A stretch of DNA of 64,000 nucleotides from contig NC_069001.1 of NCBI RefSeq assembly GCF_001194135.2, forward strand, positions 22,660,400 to 22,724,399, read 5' to 3'. Shown here piece after piece: positions 1-12,271 of this stretch (position 1 is the first letter of the stretch; every line of letters begins with the position of its first letter). The notes below the pieces were generated by a model. It saw nothing but the letters and a program-made list of their open reading frames with translations, made no database searches and was not told the origin of the DNA. The position numbers were made by a program, and so were the translations under genes. The stretch comes from Octopus bimaculoides (taxonomy: Eukaryota).

Positions 1-12
1 TACCGCACCCTG

Positions 13-80
<68 letters not shown>

Positions 81-334
81 TGAGTATGTGTGTGTGTGTG
101 TATTTGTTTTTATGTTCAATTATAATAAAAACAATTTTATATTAATAGAAAAGATTACGCCATACATTTGTAGAGCACAAATTTATTGTTCTGAAGCAAG
201 AATTGTACTGATTGTGACTTCAAAAATTCAGGCAGCTAAGCCATCATCATTCTAATGATGGCTTAGGTGGATGAAAGTTTGAAATCACTGTCAATACTAA
301 TCTTATTAGTAGTTGCAATGATTTTAAGATAGCT

Positions 335-628
335 CTACACAATATAGTCTCGGTCTGACCAAAGCCTAATGAATGAATTTTGCCGATGGAAACTGAAAGA
401 AGTCTGTTGTATATATTTGTATATATATATATCTATGTGTGTGTGTGTCATTGTGTCTGTGTTTGTCTCTCACCACCATGTGTTTACTTCCCCGTAACTC
501 AACGGTTCGGCAAAAGACTTCAATAGAGTAAGTAGTAGGCTTTAAAAAAATGTCCTGGTATCGATTTGTTCGACTGCAATCCTTCAAGCGGTCAAATGAC
601 TAAAAGAAATAAGAGATAAAAGATAAAA
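335..628 (+). mobile_element. SINE family A, 5'-truncated copy
   Basis: Matches the full-length copy at 55048-55428 from GACCAAAGCC onward, with the internal TA/GT microsatellite and an (AAGATA)n-type tail. Confidence 0.85.
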
Positions 629-654
629 AATATGTGTGGGAGGGTGGGCGTATT

Positions 655-1012
655 ATTTAGTCATTTACTTGTTTCAGTCATTTGACTGTGGCCATGCTGG
701 AGCACCGTCTTTAGTCGAACAAATCGATCCCACGACTTATTCTTTGTAAGCCTAGTACTTATTCTATCGGTTTCTTTTGCCGAACCGCTAAGTCACGGGG
801 ATGTAAACACACCAGCATCAGGTGGGAGGACAGGCACAAACACACGCAAATATGTTCATATGTATATATAAATATACGACGGGATTCTTTCAGTTTCCCT
901 CTACCAAATCCACTCACAAGGCTTTGGTCTGGCCGAGGCTATAGTAGAATTCACCTAGAATTGAACCTAGAACCATGTGGTTGGAAACCAAGTTTCTTAT
1001 CACACAGCCACG
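655..1012 (-). mobile_element. SINE family A, near full-length, internal deletion
   Basis: Reverse complement aligns with 55048-55428 (TTACTTGTTTCAGTCATTTGACTG ... CACACAGCCACGC). Confidence 0.9.
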
Positions 1013-1084
1013 CTATATGTTTGTATGTGTGTATGTGTGTGTGCGTGTGTGTGTGTGTGTGTACATATGTGTGTGTGTACATGT

Positions 1085-1340
1085 GTGAAGGCGCGTAGCC
1101 TAGTGGTTAGATCGTTGCGCTTGCAATTGCTAGATAGTGGGTTCGATTCCCAGTCTGGGAGGGACGTTGCATTTTTGAGCAAAACACTTCATTTCACGTT
1201 GCTCCAGTCCCCCTTTCGATCGGGGGATGGGATGGAATGTTGACCTACTCGCCTAGCCAACAGGGTAGCGTCGTTTGAAGGCTAAAATGCTGCAAATCAC
1301 ATTGTAACCAGTGATGTGTGACAATATTTGATATTCTTGT
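1085..1340 (+). mobile_element. tRNA-headed SINE family D
   Basis: A box (TAGCCTAGTGG) and B box (GGTTCGATTCC), followed by TTGAGCAAAACACTTCATTTCACGTTGCTCCAG, shared with the copy at 9345-9683. Confidence 0.75.
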
Positions 1341-1356
1341 CGGTCACATGATCATT

Positions 1357-1404
<48 letters not shown>

Positions 1405-1406
<2 letters not shown>

Positions 1407-1585
1407 TTATTCTTTTACTTGTTCCAGTCGTCTTTTGACCGAGGCCATGCTGGAGCACTGCTTTGAAGAATTTTAGTCAAACAAATCTATCCAAAGACTT
1501 ATTTTTTAATTCTGAGTCTATCAGAATCTTTCGCTGAACCACTAAGTTATGGGGATATAAACACACCAACATCGGTTGTCAGGCC
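1405..1585 (-). mobile_element. SINE family A, 3' half, CpG-decayed
   Basis: TTTTACTTGTTCCAGTC...GGCCATGCTGGAGCAC homology to family A tail. Confidence 0.8.
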
Positions 1586-2504
1586 ACATGTCTATATATA
1601 TGTATCTTTGTAGATGGAGGAATGGATGGATAGAAAATCTTTTAATCAAGCATCACAAAGTGTTGGTATCCAAAGAGTAGTTGCAATGATTTTAAGATGG
1701 TGTGATGATGAAGGAAAGTCTCTTTAAACTGAAACCCTGATTCAAATGCTTGTAACAGAGTGGAGTCCATCATTATTTTCTAAGGGAAAGTGGTGATGTT
1801 GATCTAGATGACAGACAAATCCAAGCAAGTCAAATCAGGATTTGAACTCAAAACACAAGATCTAAAAGAAGGCATCTCACCTGATGCTTTAACCATATCC
1901 ACTTGACACCACTGTCCCAGACTGGTGGTTTATCTATCGACCTTAGAAGGATGATAAGCCAAAATGATTTCAGTGGGATTTGAGATCAGACACAAGATTC
2001 TGGAATAAATTCTGCAAGGCATGTTTCATGGTGCATTTGCTATGTTTCAGAAAAATCCCATGCAAATAAGACCATATAAAAGGCATAATTCCCATTATGA
2101 ACACCTTATAAGACAAGATTACACTTGGTTCCCCTAAATTTGGCTTTTAACTCAATGCTGCATTCAGAGCAATGCTATTCATATTTGATTAGAGATAGAA
2201 ATTTACTATTTGCTGTGTGGTGTCATAATATAATGACGACTGAGAGTTTTCTCCATTTCACAGTGACACCACACAAGGATTGAGGTCAATGTTCTTCTGA
2301 ATTTCTCATCACATGATCATGAATTTAAATCGTACAGCAACCATTTAGCAAGGTACATAAAATTCTCATTATCTCAGATTACATCATTGGTAAATATTCT
2401 GACTCTTCAAATGCCAGTGGTAAATTATGCTTCTTTGAAAATCTTCAAATGTCTTGAAAAATATTTGCAGTTTGAAGAAAAACAAATTATTCCAAATATA
2501 GGTA

Positions 2505-2667
2505 CACACATGGTTGTGTGGTAAGAAGTTTGCTTCCAAACCATTTAACTCCAGACTCAGTCCTGGGGTTATGTAGTGGCATCTTGGGCAAGTGTCTTCA
2601 ACTATAACCCCAGGCCAATCAAAGCCTTGTGAGTGAATTTGGTAGGTGGAAACTGGAAGAAACGACA

Positions 2668-2670
<3 letters not shown>
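2505..2670 (+). mobile_element. SINE family A, 5' half
   Basis: GGTTGTGTGGTAAGAAG...TTGGGCAAGTGTCTT...AAAGCCTTGTGAGTG homology; ends in (TATG)n. Confidence 0.8.
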
Positions 2671-2698
<28 letters not shown>

Positions 2699-2751
2699 TG
2701 TATGTATATGTATGTATATATCTATATCTATATCTCTCTATATATATACTT

Positions 2752-2898
2752 ACATAAATGAAGAAACATTGATTTCTGTTCCTCTGAGAAGGGACCTGAT
2801 GTGAGATGTCTTGCTTACCTGTGACTTTCTTTCAGGGGTTCTATCACCAGGCACGTTGAGAATATATTCTCTTATATGCAGCCGATCTACGAACTAAC

Positions 2899-2963
<65 letters not shown>

Positions 2964-3362
2964 NNNNNNNNNNCACACACACACACACACACCCCTTGCG
3001 TAAGGGTATTTGATTTTGTTTAAATATCTTGAGCTGCTTCTAATTCATATTTGACATGCTAGCATATGATTTTCAAACCATTTAGCATAGAGTCACATAT
3101 GGCGATATAGCTTGAAGCAGGCCTTGTTCAGTACATGGCATTGAAAAATTACAACAATGATGAAACATCAATGTCTGTTGCTCCAAGAAGGGACCTGATG
3201 TCTTACTTGACTATGACCTACTTTCAGGTGTTTTAACACCTGGTGCGTTGAGAATATATTCCCTTATGCCAGCCCATGAACTAGCAACACACACATGCCT
3301 TGCATCTGTGTGTTCTAGTTTGTTTATAAACCTGAAGCTGCTTCTAATCTATATTTGAATAT
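2752..3362. repeat. Diverged tandem duplication of an unidentified unit (copy 1 about 2752-3058, copy 2 about 3150-3362)
   Basis: Shared blocks AGAAGGGACCTGATGT, CTTTCAGG, CGTTGAGAATATATTC and AGCTGCTTCTAAT occur in the same order in both copies. Confidence 0.85.
2819..2893 (-). CDS. Weak candidate 75-nt exon (FVDRLHIREYILNVPGDRTPERKSQ) inside copy 1 of the duplicated unit
   Basis: TTGTTAG acceptor, CAG|GTAAGC donor, open phase 0-0 frame; the donor is absent from copy 2. Confidence 0.15.
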
Positions 3363-3394
3363 ATATTAATATACATGTGTATGTACATAAGTAT

Positions 3395-3620
3395 ATGTCT
3401 GTGTGCATGTGTCTTTGTGATTGCGTTTGTCACCTACTACCACTTGACAGACTGGTTTTGCCTATGCCATCATAATTTAGTGATTGAACATAAGAGAATA
3501 AATAAAATAACAGTCTTTAAAAAAAATGTCCTGGAGTTGATTCATTTGACTAAAATCCTTGAAGGCAGTGCTCCAGCATAACCACAATAAATGAGACAAG
3601 TAAGAAATAAAAGAAAGATA
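3395..3620 (+). mobile_element. SINE family A, 3' half, CpG-decayed
   Basis: GTCCTGGAGTTGATTCATTTGACT...GGCAGTGCTCCAGCAT homology to family A. Confidence 0.75.
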
Positions 3621-3713
3621 TAGCTAATCTCACATATTCAAGGTTGGGAAAATGAATATAAATTAGGATAAGAAAATTAACACCTTTCTATTGTGTATGT
3701 ATCCACATCTTAA

Positions 3714-4006
3714 CCCATTACCTCCCTTAATTCTATTAACTGGAATTTTTTTATGAAACTTTGATTTCTAGCATAAAACAGCCTTAGATAAACGCTGGAA
3801 GGATCAAAATAACATTTCAAAACAGCATTTCAAAGTAACATTTTAGATAGAAATAAGCGAGATATTGGGTGAAAAATTAGCAAACCTCATTTGAATATCT
3901 ACCTAGTAGATTAGCAAAAAGGTTAGATATGTGTAAATATTGACAGATAATTACGAAATTTGTAATTTTTAAGTGATCTCATATGAGATCACTTGTAGGT
4001 AATGGA
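3714..4006. mobile_element. piggyBac-like MITE, 293 bp
   Basis: TTAA at 3710-3713 and 4007-4010; terminal inverted repeats CCCATTACCT / AGGTAATGGA (9 of 10 match). Confidence 0.75.
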
Positions 4007-4104
4007 TTAATGAATTAGAGAGTATTAAAACCATTGTAGCCTATTCCAAGATCTCATTGACACCTAACTAAACCATATTCATTTGAAATTTTAGTGCAAG
4101 GCTA

Positions 4105-4233
4105 GATACTGACCCTGAAAGAATGAAAGGCAAAGTTGACCTCAGTGGGATTTGAACTCAAAACATAAAGACAGATGAAATACTGCTAAGCATTTTGCTG
4201 TGTGTGCTAACAACCCTACCAGCTTTGCAGCCT
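4105..4233 (-). mobile_element. SINE family B, CpG-decayed
   Basis: GAAAGAATGAAAGGCAAAGTTGACCTCAGTGGGATTTGAACTC homology to the copy at 48478-48690. Confidence 0.85.
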
Positions 4234-4617
4234 TACCTACCTTAACAGTATTACCATCAGCATTACGTATGTCCAACACACAAACCCTGTTTGCACAATG
4301 TTGATTGTTTTTATTATTCATATCATGGAATTAAAGAATTTAGTTATGGTAAATAATTTGTCATGCATTTACCATTCTTGGTTCACAAGATTGATTCCAG
4401 CACATTGATATGGCAACTAATGTGTATACAGCTATCAAAGTGTATTCTTCATAGATGTACACGTGTGAAATTATATATCAAATATGTGCGTACACATGTG
4501 TGTAATAAGAAATACATGAATGATATTATTTTTAAAACCAGCATCCAATCAAAGCTATCTAATTTCAATACAAGATATTTAAATGAATACATATATATGC
4601 ACACTGACACGGACACA

Positions 4618-4657
<40 letters not shown>

Positions 4658-4844
4658 CACACACACACACACACATACATGCATGNNNNNNNNNNATACA
4701 TGCATGCACACACCAATATACATTTATGTGTGTGTGTGTGTGTGCATGTACATATGTATTCAAATTTATTCCTTGAATTTACAAAAAATAAGACTTGAAT
4801 ATTACTTTTTTCAATAAACATACACACACACACACACATATAGA

Positions 4845-4886
<42 letters not shown>

Positions 4887-4940
4887 TATATATATAGACA
4901 CATATATATACATACATATATCTATTTATATATATATATA

Positions 4941-5419
4941 NNNNNNNNNNNNNNNNNNNNNNNNNNNNNNNNNNNNNNNNNNNNNNNNNNNNNNNNNNNN
5001 NNNNNNNNNNNNNNNNNNNNNNNNNNNNNNNNNNNNNNNNNNNNNNNNNNNNNNNNNNNNNNNNNNNNNNNNNNNNNNNNNNNNNNNNNNNNNNNNNNNN
5101 NNNNNNNNNNNNNNNNNNNNNNNNNNNNNNNNNNNNNNNNNNNNNNNNNNNNNNNNNNNNNNNNNNNNNNNNNNNNNNNNNNNNNNNNNNNNNNNNNNNN
5201 NNNNNNNNNNNNNNNNNNNNNNNNNNNNNNNNNNNNNNNNNNNNNNNNNNNNNNNNNNNNNNNNNNNNNNNNNNNNNNNNNNNNNNNNNNNNNNNNNNNN
5301 NNNNNNNNNNNNNNNNNNNNNNNNNNNNNNNNNNNNNNNNNNNNNNNNNNNNNNNNNNNNNNNNNNNNNNNNNNNNNNNNNNNNNNNNNNNNNNNNNNNN
5401 NNNNNNNNNNNNNNNNNNN
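4941..5419. other. Assembly gap; representative of many N-runs (also 5980, 12272, 25154, 33327, 43638, 57301, 58527 and shorter ones)
   Basis: N-runs, nearly all flanked by (TA)n, (CA)n or (CT)n. Confidence 0.99.
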
Positions 5420-5459
<40 letters not shown>

Positions 5460-5829
5460 TATATACGTATATATAACATATATAGATGAAAGGAAATATG
5501 CAAGAAAATGAAATAAACTAATGTTCATGTGAAAATAGTTAATCACTAAGTTATTTTGATAACTAATGTTTGTTGCTCTTTTTGCGTTTAACTTATAAAA
5601 ATCAGTTATTTTTGTTGGAGTCGCAGCAGAGAGAACAAATTATAGACATAAAAAGAGAAAATGTTTCGATGAATATAGAGGAAGCTGAATCAATTAAAAC
5701 GGAGGAAGAAAGGACCCAACTTAAGCTGATCAGGTCTTATTTTGAGGTTCCGTATTTTTGGAAAAGTAAAGCCATGTTTACAAAGTATCATTTTAGAAGG
5801 GAGCTACTTATCAATTATTATAAAAATTT

Positions 5830-7530
<1,701 letters not shown>

Positions 7531-7794
7531 TTTTCTTTTACTCTAATTCCCTCATCATTACAGACAAACTTGAATCTTACTTCACAAATTTCTCTCACTT
7601 CTTCATTTATAAAAATTAACATTGTCTTCATTAATTTCTCACCAGTCTCATTAATCTTATTGTATTAATCGAATTCTGTATTTGATGACCAGCAACTTGG
7701 TAGTAAGGTTTAAATTCGGTTGATGGAAACTGTGCCAAAGTCACATAGACTAGTGGCACTTCCAGACATTTTATGGAATTAATGGTAAACTTAC

Positions 7795-7884
7795 CGGGTT
7801 ACTTCTGAAAGCTTAATGCAAATCATCTGAAAGTGTAGCCTGTGTTGTGTCTGTATGGAAAGACTGTCGCTCATCTTCTGCTCA
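7795..7884 (-). CDS. Candidate 90-nt internal exon, xEQKMSDSLSIQTQHRLHFQMICIKLSEVT(R), host gene unidentified
   Basis: Acceptor TTTCTTTCATTTTTCAG, donor CCG|GTAAGT, length divisible by 3, only one open frame (phase 2-2). Confidence 0.4.
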
Positions 7885-8149
7885 CTGAAAAATGAAAGAA
7901 ACTGGGAATACAATGATAGTTTTATATATTCATTTTATACACTTTATGCACAATTTTATAGACTTAATACAAGCACTCTCCCTCTCTCTCTCACAATTTG
8001 CCTTACTCTCTTTTCTTCTCTCTGCTTTTTCTTTCCCCCTTTGTCTTTTCCCTTCAGCTAATAATGGGAAGGTGTTACAGACTGGCTAAGTAACAGAGGG
8101 AAAAAAAACTTAGTTCAAAAGAAAATTACACATTTCTGTCACCCCCTCC

Positions 8150-8280
8150 TCTCTCCCTATCTTCCCTCCACTTATCTTCCCTCCCCCATCTCCCTCCCCT
8201 ATCTACCCTTCTCTTATCTCCCCTCCCTTGTTTCCCCTCCCCCTGTCTCCCCTCCCCTTTCTTCCCTCCCCTCACCATCT
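8150..8280. repeat. Degenerate C/T-rich minisatellite, unit about 16-17 bp (CCCCTATCTTCCCTCC-like)
   Basis: About 8 imperfect units visible. Confidence 0.75.
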
Positions 8281-8440
8281 CTGAATGTTCTGTTCGAACA
8301 TGGACATTCCATTAGAACAAACTATACTGCAGTAGATATCACAAGAGAAACTCTCATATCATCGGTTTTTGCTGCAAAATGCACTCTTCTGTATATTGCT
8401 AGTGGGGAGATAAATCCATGCTCTCTATATTTTATTCCAG

Positions 8441-8590
8441 TATGGGTTGGACAGTTGGACAGGGTCCAATGTGTCCTAGGACTGCATCAAGTTCCAATAT
8501 CTGTTTTGGCATGGTTTTTACTGCTGGGTGCCTTTTCTAATGCCCACCACTTTACAGTGTAGATTGGGTGCTTTTATTGTGCCACCTGTA
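8441..8590 (-). mobile_element. RTE LINE 3' tail fragment
   Basis: ATGGGTTGGAC...TGCCTTTTCTAATGCC...GGGTGCTTTTA shared with 16860-17040 and with the AAAAAGCAC motif in the 3' UTR of the RTE at 12904-13598. Confidence 0.6.
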
Positions 8591-9127
8591 CAATTAAAGT
8601 CATCATGCAGTGGAGTTGGTGGGGGGGGGTCATCTTCATGCTAGGGGATAGGGGATTACTATGACAGTGGGGTCAGAGCATGTTCATGCAGAGAGATCTG
8701 CATGGCTACATACATCTAGTAGGGACAAGTAATGGGGAGTGAAAGAGAAAATGATTGATAAGAGCTACAAGACATTGATAATGGCAATAAGAAGCTCAGT
8801 TAACCCCACAGAGCACAAATTGTATAGAAGTGTGTGGTTTGGTGGTTGTAAGAGAGTATGGGAAGGTAAAGGAGTGGTGGGAAAGCAGTCTGTCCAAAAA
8901 GGGTAGGGTTGAAAGGTGAATTACACAAGAGCTGTTAGCTTGGAGAAGATAAAGGGATTTTGGAGGCGAGTTGCAGGAAGAGTAAGGATGATATAGTTTC
9001 TGGCAGGGATAGAGGGAACAAGAGAAGGTGAGCAAGAAGAGGCAAGTATAATGAATAAAGTAGGAGGGGAGTCACTGTAACAGATGTGGACCCAAAACAT
9101 AGCACTTCCAGAATACAGTTTTGCTGA

Positions 9128-9245
9128 GGAGGACAAGTCTTTTTGAGAACCTCATATCTCCAGAGATCTGAATCCTTTGTGATCTTAGCTGGCAGGCTCA
9201 GGTTCTGGGGTCAGCTTTCACCACTTCATCCTGTGTAGTCTTGGG
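9128..9245 (-). mobile_element. RTE ORF2 C-terminal fragment, decayed
   Basis: Minus-strand translation PKTTQDEVVKADPRT resembles PRKTWDEVVKHDLRT of the RTE at 13184-13594. Confidence 0.5.
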
Positions 9246-9344
9246 AATGCAATATGACAATATGCATAACAAATGACATGATACAGCAAAATGGTTGAAA
9301 AATTTGCTTCACTACCATGAGGTCCTAGATTCAATCACACTCTC

Positions 9345-9683
9345 TATAAAGGGTAATGGTAAAGACCTATTTCAGTCATGAATGACTAAGGGATTGCACC
9401 TAAACAGCTCCCCTTTGGAGCACAAGCCCAGGCAAGATTGCTAATGGAAGGCCAGCAGTCACCCATGCATACCAGCCTCCCTTCTCCATGCTACCAATGT
9501 TATTCAGAGGAAGGGCAAAGGTCGATACAGCTTGGCATCAGTCACAACGCATTTCTACAGAAGAGTGAACTGGAGCAATATGAAATAAAGAGTCTTGCTC
9601 AAGAACACAATACACAGCCTGGTCTGGGAATTGAACTCACTACCTCATGATTGTGAGCCCGGCGTTCAAACCACTGAGCCATA
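9345..9683 (-). mobile_element. tRNA-headed SINE family D with RTE-type tail
   Basis: Reverse strand: TGGCTCAGTGG (A box), GAGTTCAATTCC (B box), TTCTTGAGCAAGACTCTTTATTTCATATTGCTCCAG core. Confidence 0.75.
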
Positions 9684-10081
9684 TACAAATAACACAATAA
9701 CTCGCAGTGAAGCATCTTGGATAAGAGACTTTTTTAATAAACTTTCCAATAATAAACTGAAATTATATCGAAATCTCTTGGATGTGTTGTACCTGTAATT
9801 CAGAGGTGAAGCCCTGTTACATACTGAGTCATTCTGATTCTGTCTGATGATTATGTTATATGTACATGTGCCTATGGAATACTCAGCCATCAATACAGAC
9901 ATTCCATGTGCCCCTCGTTTGCTTGACCGAGCAAGTGGAATATTCCTGCATCAATACTGACAAGGGTCCATTTTACATAACGTGTTCCAAGTGTTCAGCA
10001 ATTTTACTAATTACATCAGTTTTTTTCTTTACACATATATATATAAATATATATATATATATAATGATATTTGCAAAGTCT

Positions 10082-10290
10082 TTAAACCTTTGGCCAGATC
10101 TGGCCTGAATATTTTACCTGTTTTATATTCAAGCTGGCCAGGTCCAGCCTTTCACACTTCCCCTACTATATCACTCTAAAAATAAACATTCTTACGATCA
10201 AAATCTCGAAACAACGAGATAATGCAGGATTAATTCAAAACAATGTGAATAAATAAGCATTACATTTGAGAAATGAATCTGAATGTTTAA
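10082..10290. mobile_element. Probable piggyBac-like MITE, decayed
   Basis: Starts TTAA-ACCTTT with internal GGCCAGATCTGGCC palindrome; family assignment is from recall only and the right end is degraded. Confidence 0.35.
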
Positions 10291-10351
10291 GAGAGAGTGT
10301 GAAAAGAAGATGGGAGGAACAGCAGCTTAGGGTTGTTAGCTTTTGTTGTAG

Positions 10352-10466
10352 AAACAACTTATCAACATACCAAGTTATCCACAGAGAAATAGTCATCATT
10401 TAGGATCCATTATGGCTTATAAAAGACATAACCATCACACCACAGCTATCATTTGCTCTTTCAATG
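10352..10466 (+). CDS. Weak candidate 115-nt exon KQLINIPSYPQRNSHHLGSIMAYKRHNHHTTAIICSFN
   Basis: TTTTGTTGTAG acceptor, ATG|GTATGT donor, single open frame (phase 0-1); no homology recognised. Confidence 0.2.
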
Positions 10467-11360
10467 GTATGTTGTCATTTTGTCTTGGTCAGTTTTAATT
10501 GAGAAGTTCTAGATCCACTCTGTTTGTTTAGGAATATCTATAACAACATTATGTAAAGTGCCTTTGAAATCAGATATATCTATTGAAAATTTCGTTATCT
10601 TTACCTGCAGAAAGCAGTTTCATATACCGTTTTATCTTTTGTTAAGGAATTTCATATTTGAAACTACCATTTGTGGAAATATGTAAAATGTAGAAACATG
10701 TTAAAACAACCTGACAGTGAAAATTATACCAATTCTAATTTTTGGTAGGTATTGAACATCATTAGATGAATTACCATGAAATTTTAATTCACAGTTAAAA
10801 TTTTAAAAGAGTAGAGTGAGATATGGGGGAAAGCTATTACCATTTCTAGTAGGTGAAGCAAACTGTATAAGTTTCATCTTTGGTACCCTAAAGACTCATT
10901 CTTACCACTTACATATCACCTGGAATTTTACGACATTTTTATCAAAATAAAGCAGTGTACAACATTCTATGTGTGCTGAAATTCTAGAAATTCAACAAAT
11001 TCTAATATCTAACCACATAACCAACATAAATTGACTTCTTTATAGACAAAAATTGTCTTAGAACTCAAATTCAGTTGTGTTTGTCTGTTGACAACAGAAT
11101 AGAACGATATCCAAAAATTTGAATGAAAAAGAATGCAAAAAACAATATGTCATAAGAAAGAAATACAAATTCTAAATAGAGACATGAATACATAGATAAA
11201 TTTTGAAATGACAATATAAATATATAAAAAAATTTCATTGCAAAAAACAAACGTTTCCATGTAAGATAATCAAGACTAAAATAGTATTCATGTTCTTAAA
11301 ATCTTCAGATTTCTCTACATAATCTCAGTTGTCATAAAAATATTTATATATGTATACACA

Positions 11361-11409
<49 letters not shown>

Positions 11410-11446
11410 ACACACACGCATACACATATATATATATATACACGTG

Positions 11447-11484
<38 letters not shown>

Positions 11485-11762
11485 NNNNNNNNNNGTATGC
11501 ATATATATATGTATATATATATATTTATATATAAAATATATAGTTTTAGGGAAAATAACCAATTATCAAGAACTCATCGATGAAAATCCACTATCACATA
11601 TAGAAAAATTAATAATTAAAAGCACAATAAATGAGTATAATATAAAGTAAAGTAAATATCATAAGATAAATATAATAAATATATAATTATATATATATGC
11701 GTTTATGTATGCATATATATATGTGTTTATGTATGCATATATATATGTATATATATATATAT

Positions 11763-11935
11763 GGGAGAATTTACGAAAAAAACAACAACAGACGAGGACA
11801 GGTGGTGTAGACAACAAAATGATGTATTAGTTTAACGCTTGGGAATACAGAAAGTCTCTAACGTTTCGAGCTACGCTTTTCAACAGAAAGAATACGAAGA
11901 AAACAAGGAGAAAAACACGGAGAGAAAAAAAATTT
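11763..11935 (-). mobile_element. Probable Penelope-like terminal (pLTR) fragment abutting (TA)n
   Basis: Minus strand CTGTTGAAAAGCGTAGCTCGAAACGTT resembles the CTGANGA...CGAAAC motif at Penelope ends; ends directly at a (TA)n tract. Confidence 0.45.
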
Positions 11936-11942
11936 AATGTTT

Positions 11943-12231
11943 TGGGCTGAGGTGGTGAAGCATCCTCTTCAAACACTGGGCCTCATGGAGGCAATGACAA
12001 GTGACCAAAGCCTTTGGTGATATACTATGCTTGAGAAGACCCATGAAGCCAAGTGAAATTGTAATCATGGCCAATGTCATGTAACTGACAACTGTACTGG
12101 TGGCATGTACAATGCACCGTTCAAACGTTGGACCTCACAGAGACAGTGACAAGTGACCGAGACATTTGGCAATATACTGTGCTTGAGAAGACCTGTCAAG
12201 CCAAGTGAGATCGAAGTCATGGCCAATGCCA

Positions 12232-12232
<1 letters not shown>
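11943..12232 (+). mobile_element. RTE LINE 3' end with about 152-bp tandem duplication of the ORF2 C-terminus
   Basis: Translates WAEVVKHPLQTLGLMEAMTSDQSLW*YTMLEKT; TTCAAAC...GCTTGAGAAGACC...CATGGCCAATG is repeated at 11969 and 12121. Confidence 0.8.

Positions 12233-12271
<39 letters not shown>

Noticed and set aside
2264-2351. Strong plus-strand acceptor TTTTCTCCATTTCACAG with donor CAAG|GTACAT
   Set aside because: Stops in all three frames
3154-3201. C/D box snoRNA reading (ATGATGA...CTGA with ACA/TGT stem)
   Set aside because: Only about 42 nt between boxes, the C box is altered in copy 1, and no rRNA or snRNA target was recognised; kept only as a note in the duplication finding
10605-10710. 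Minus-strand AG...GT pair
   Set aside because: Stops in all three frames
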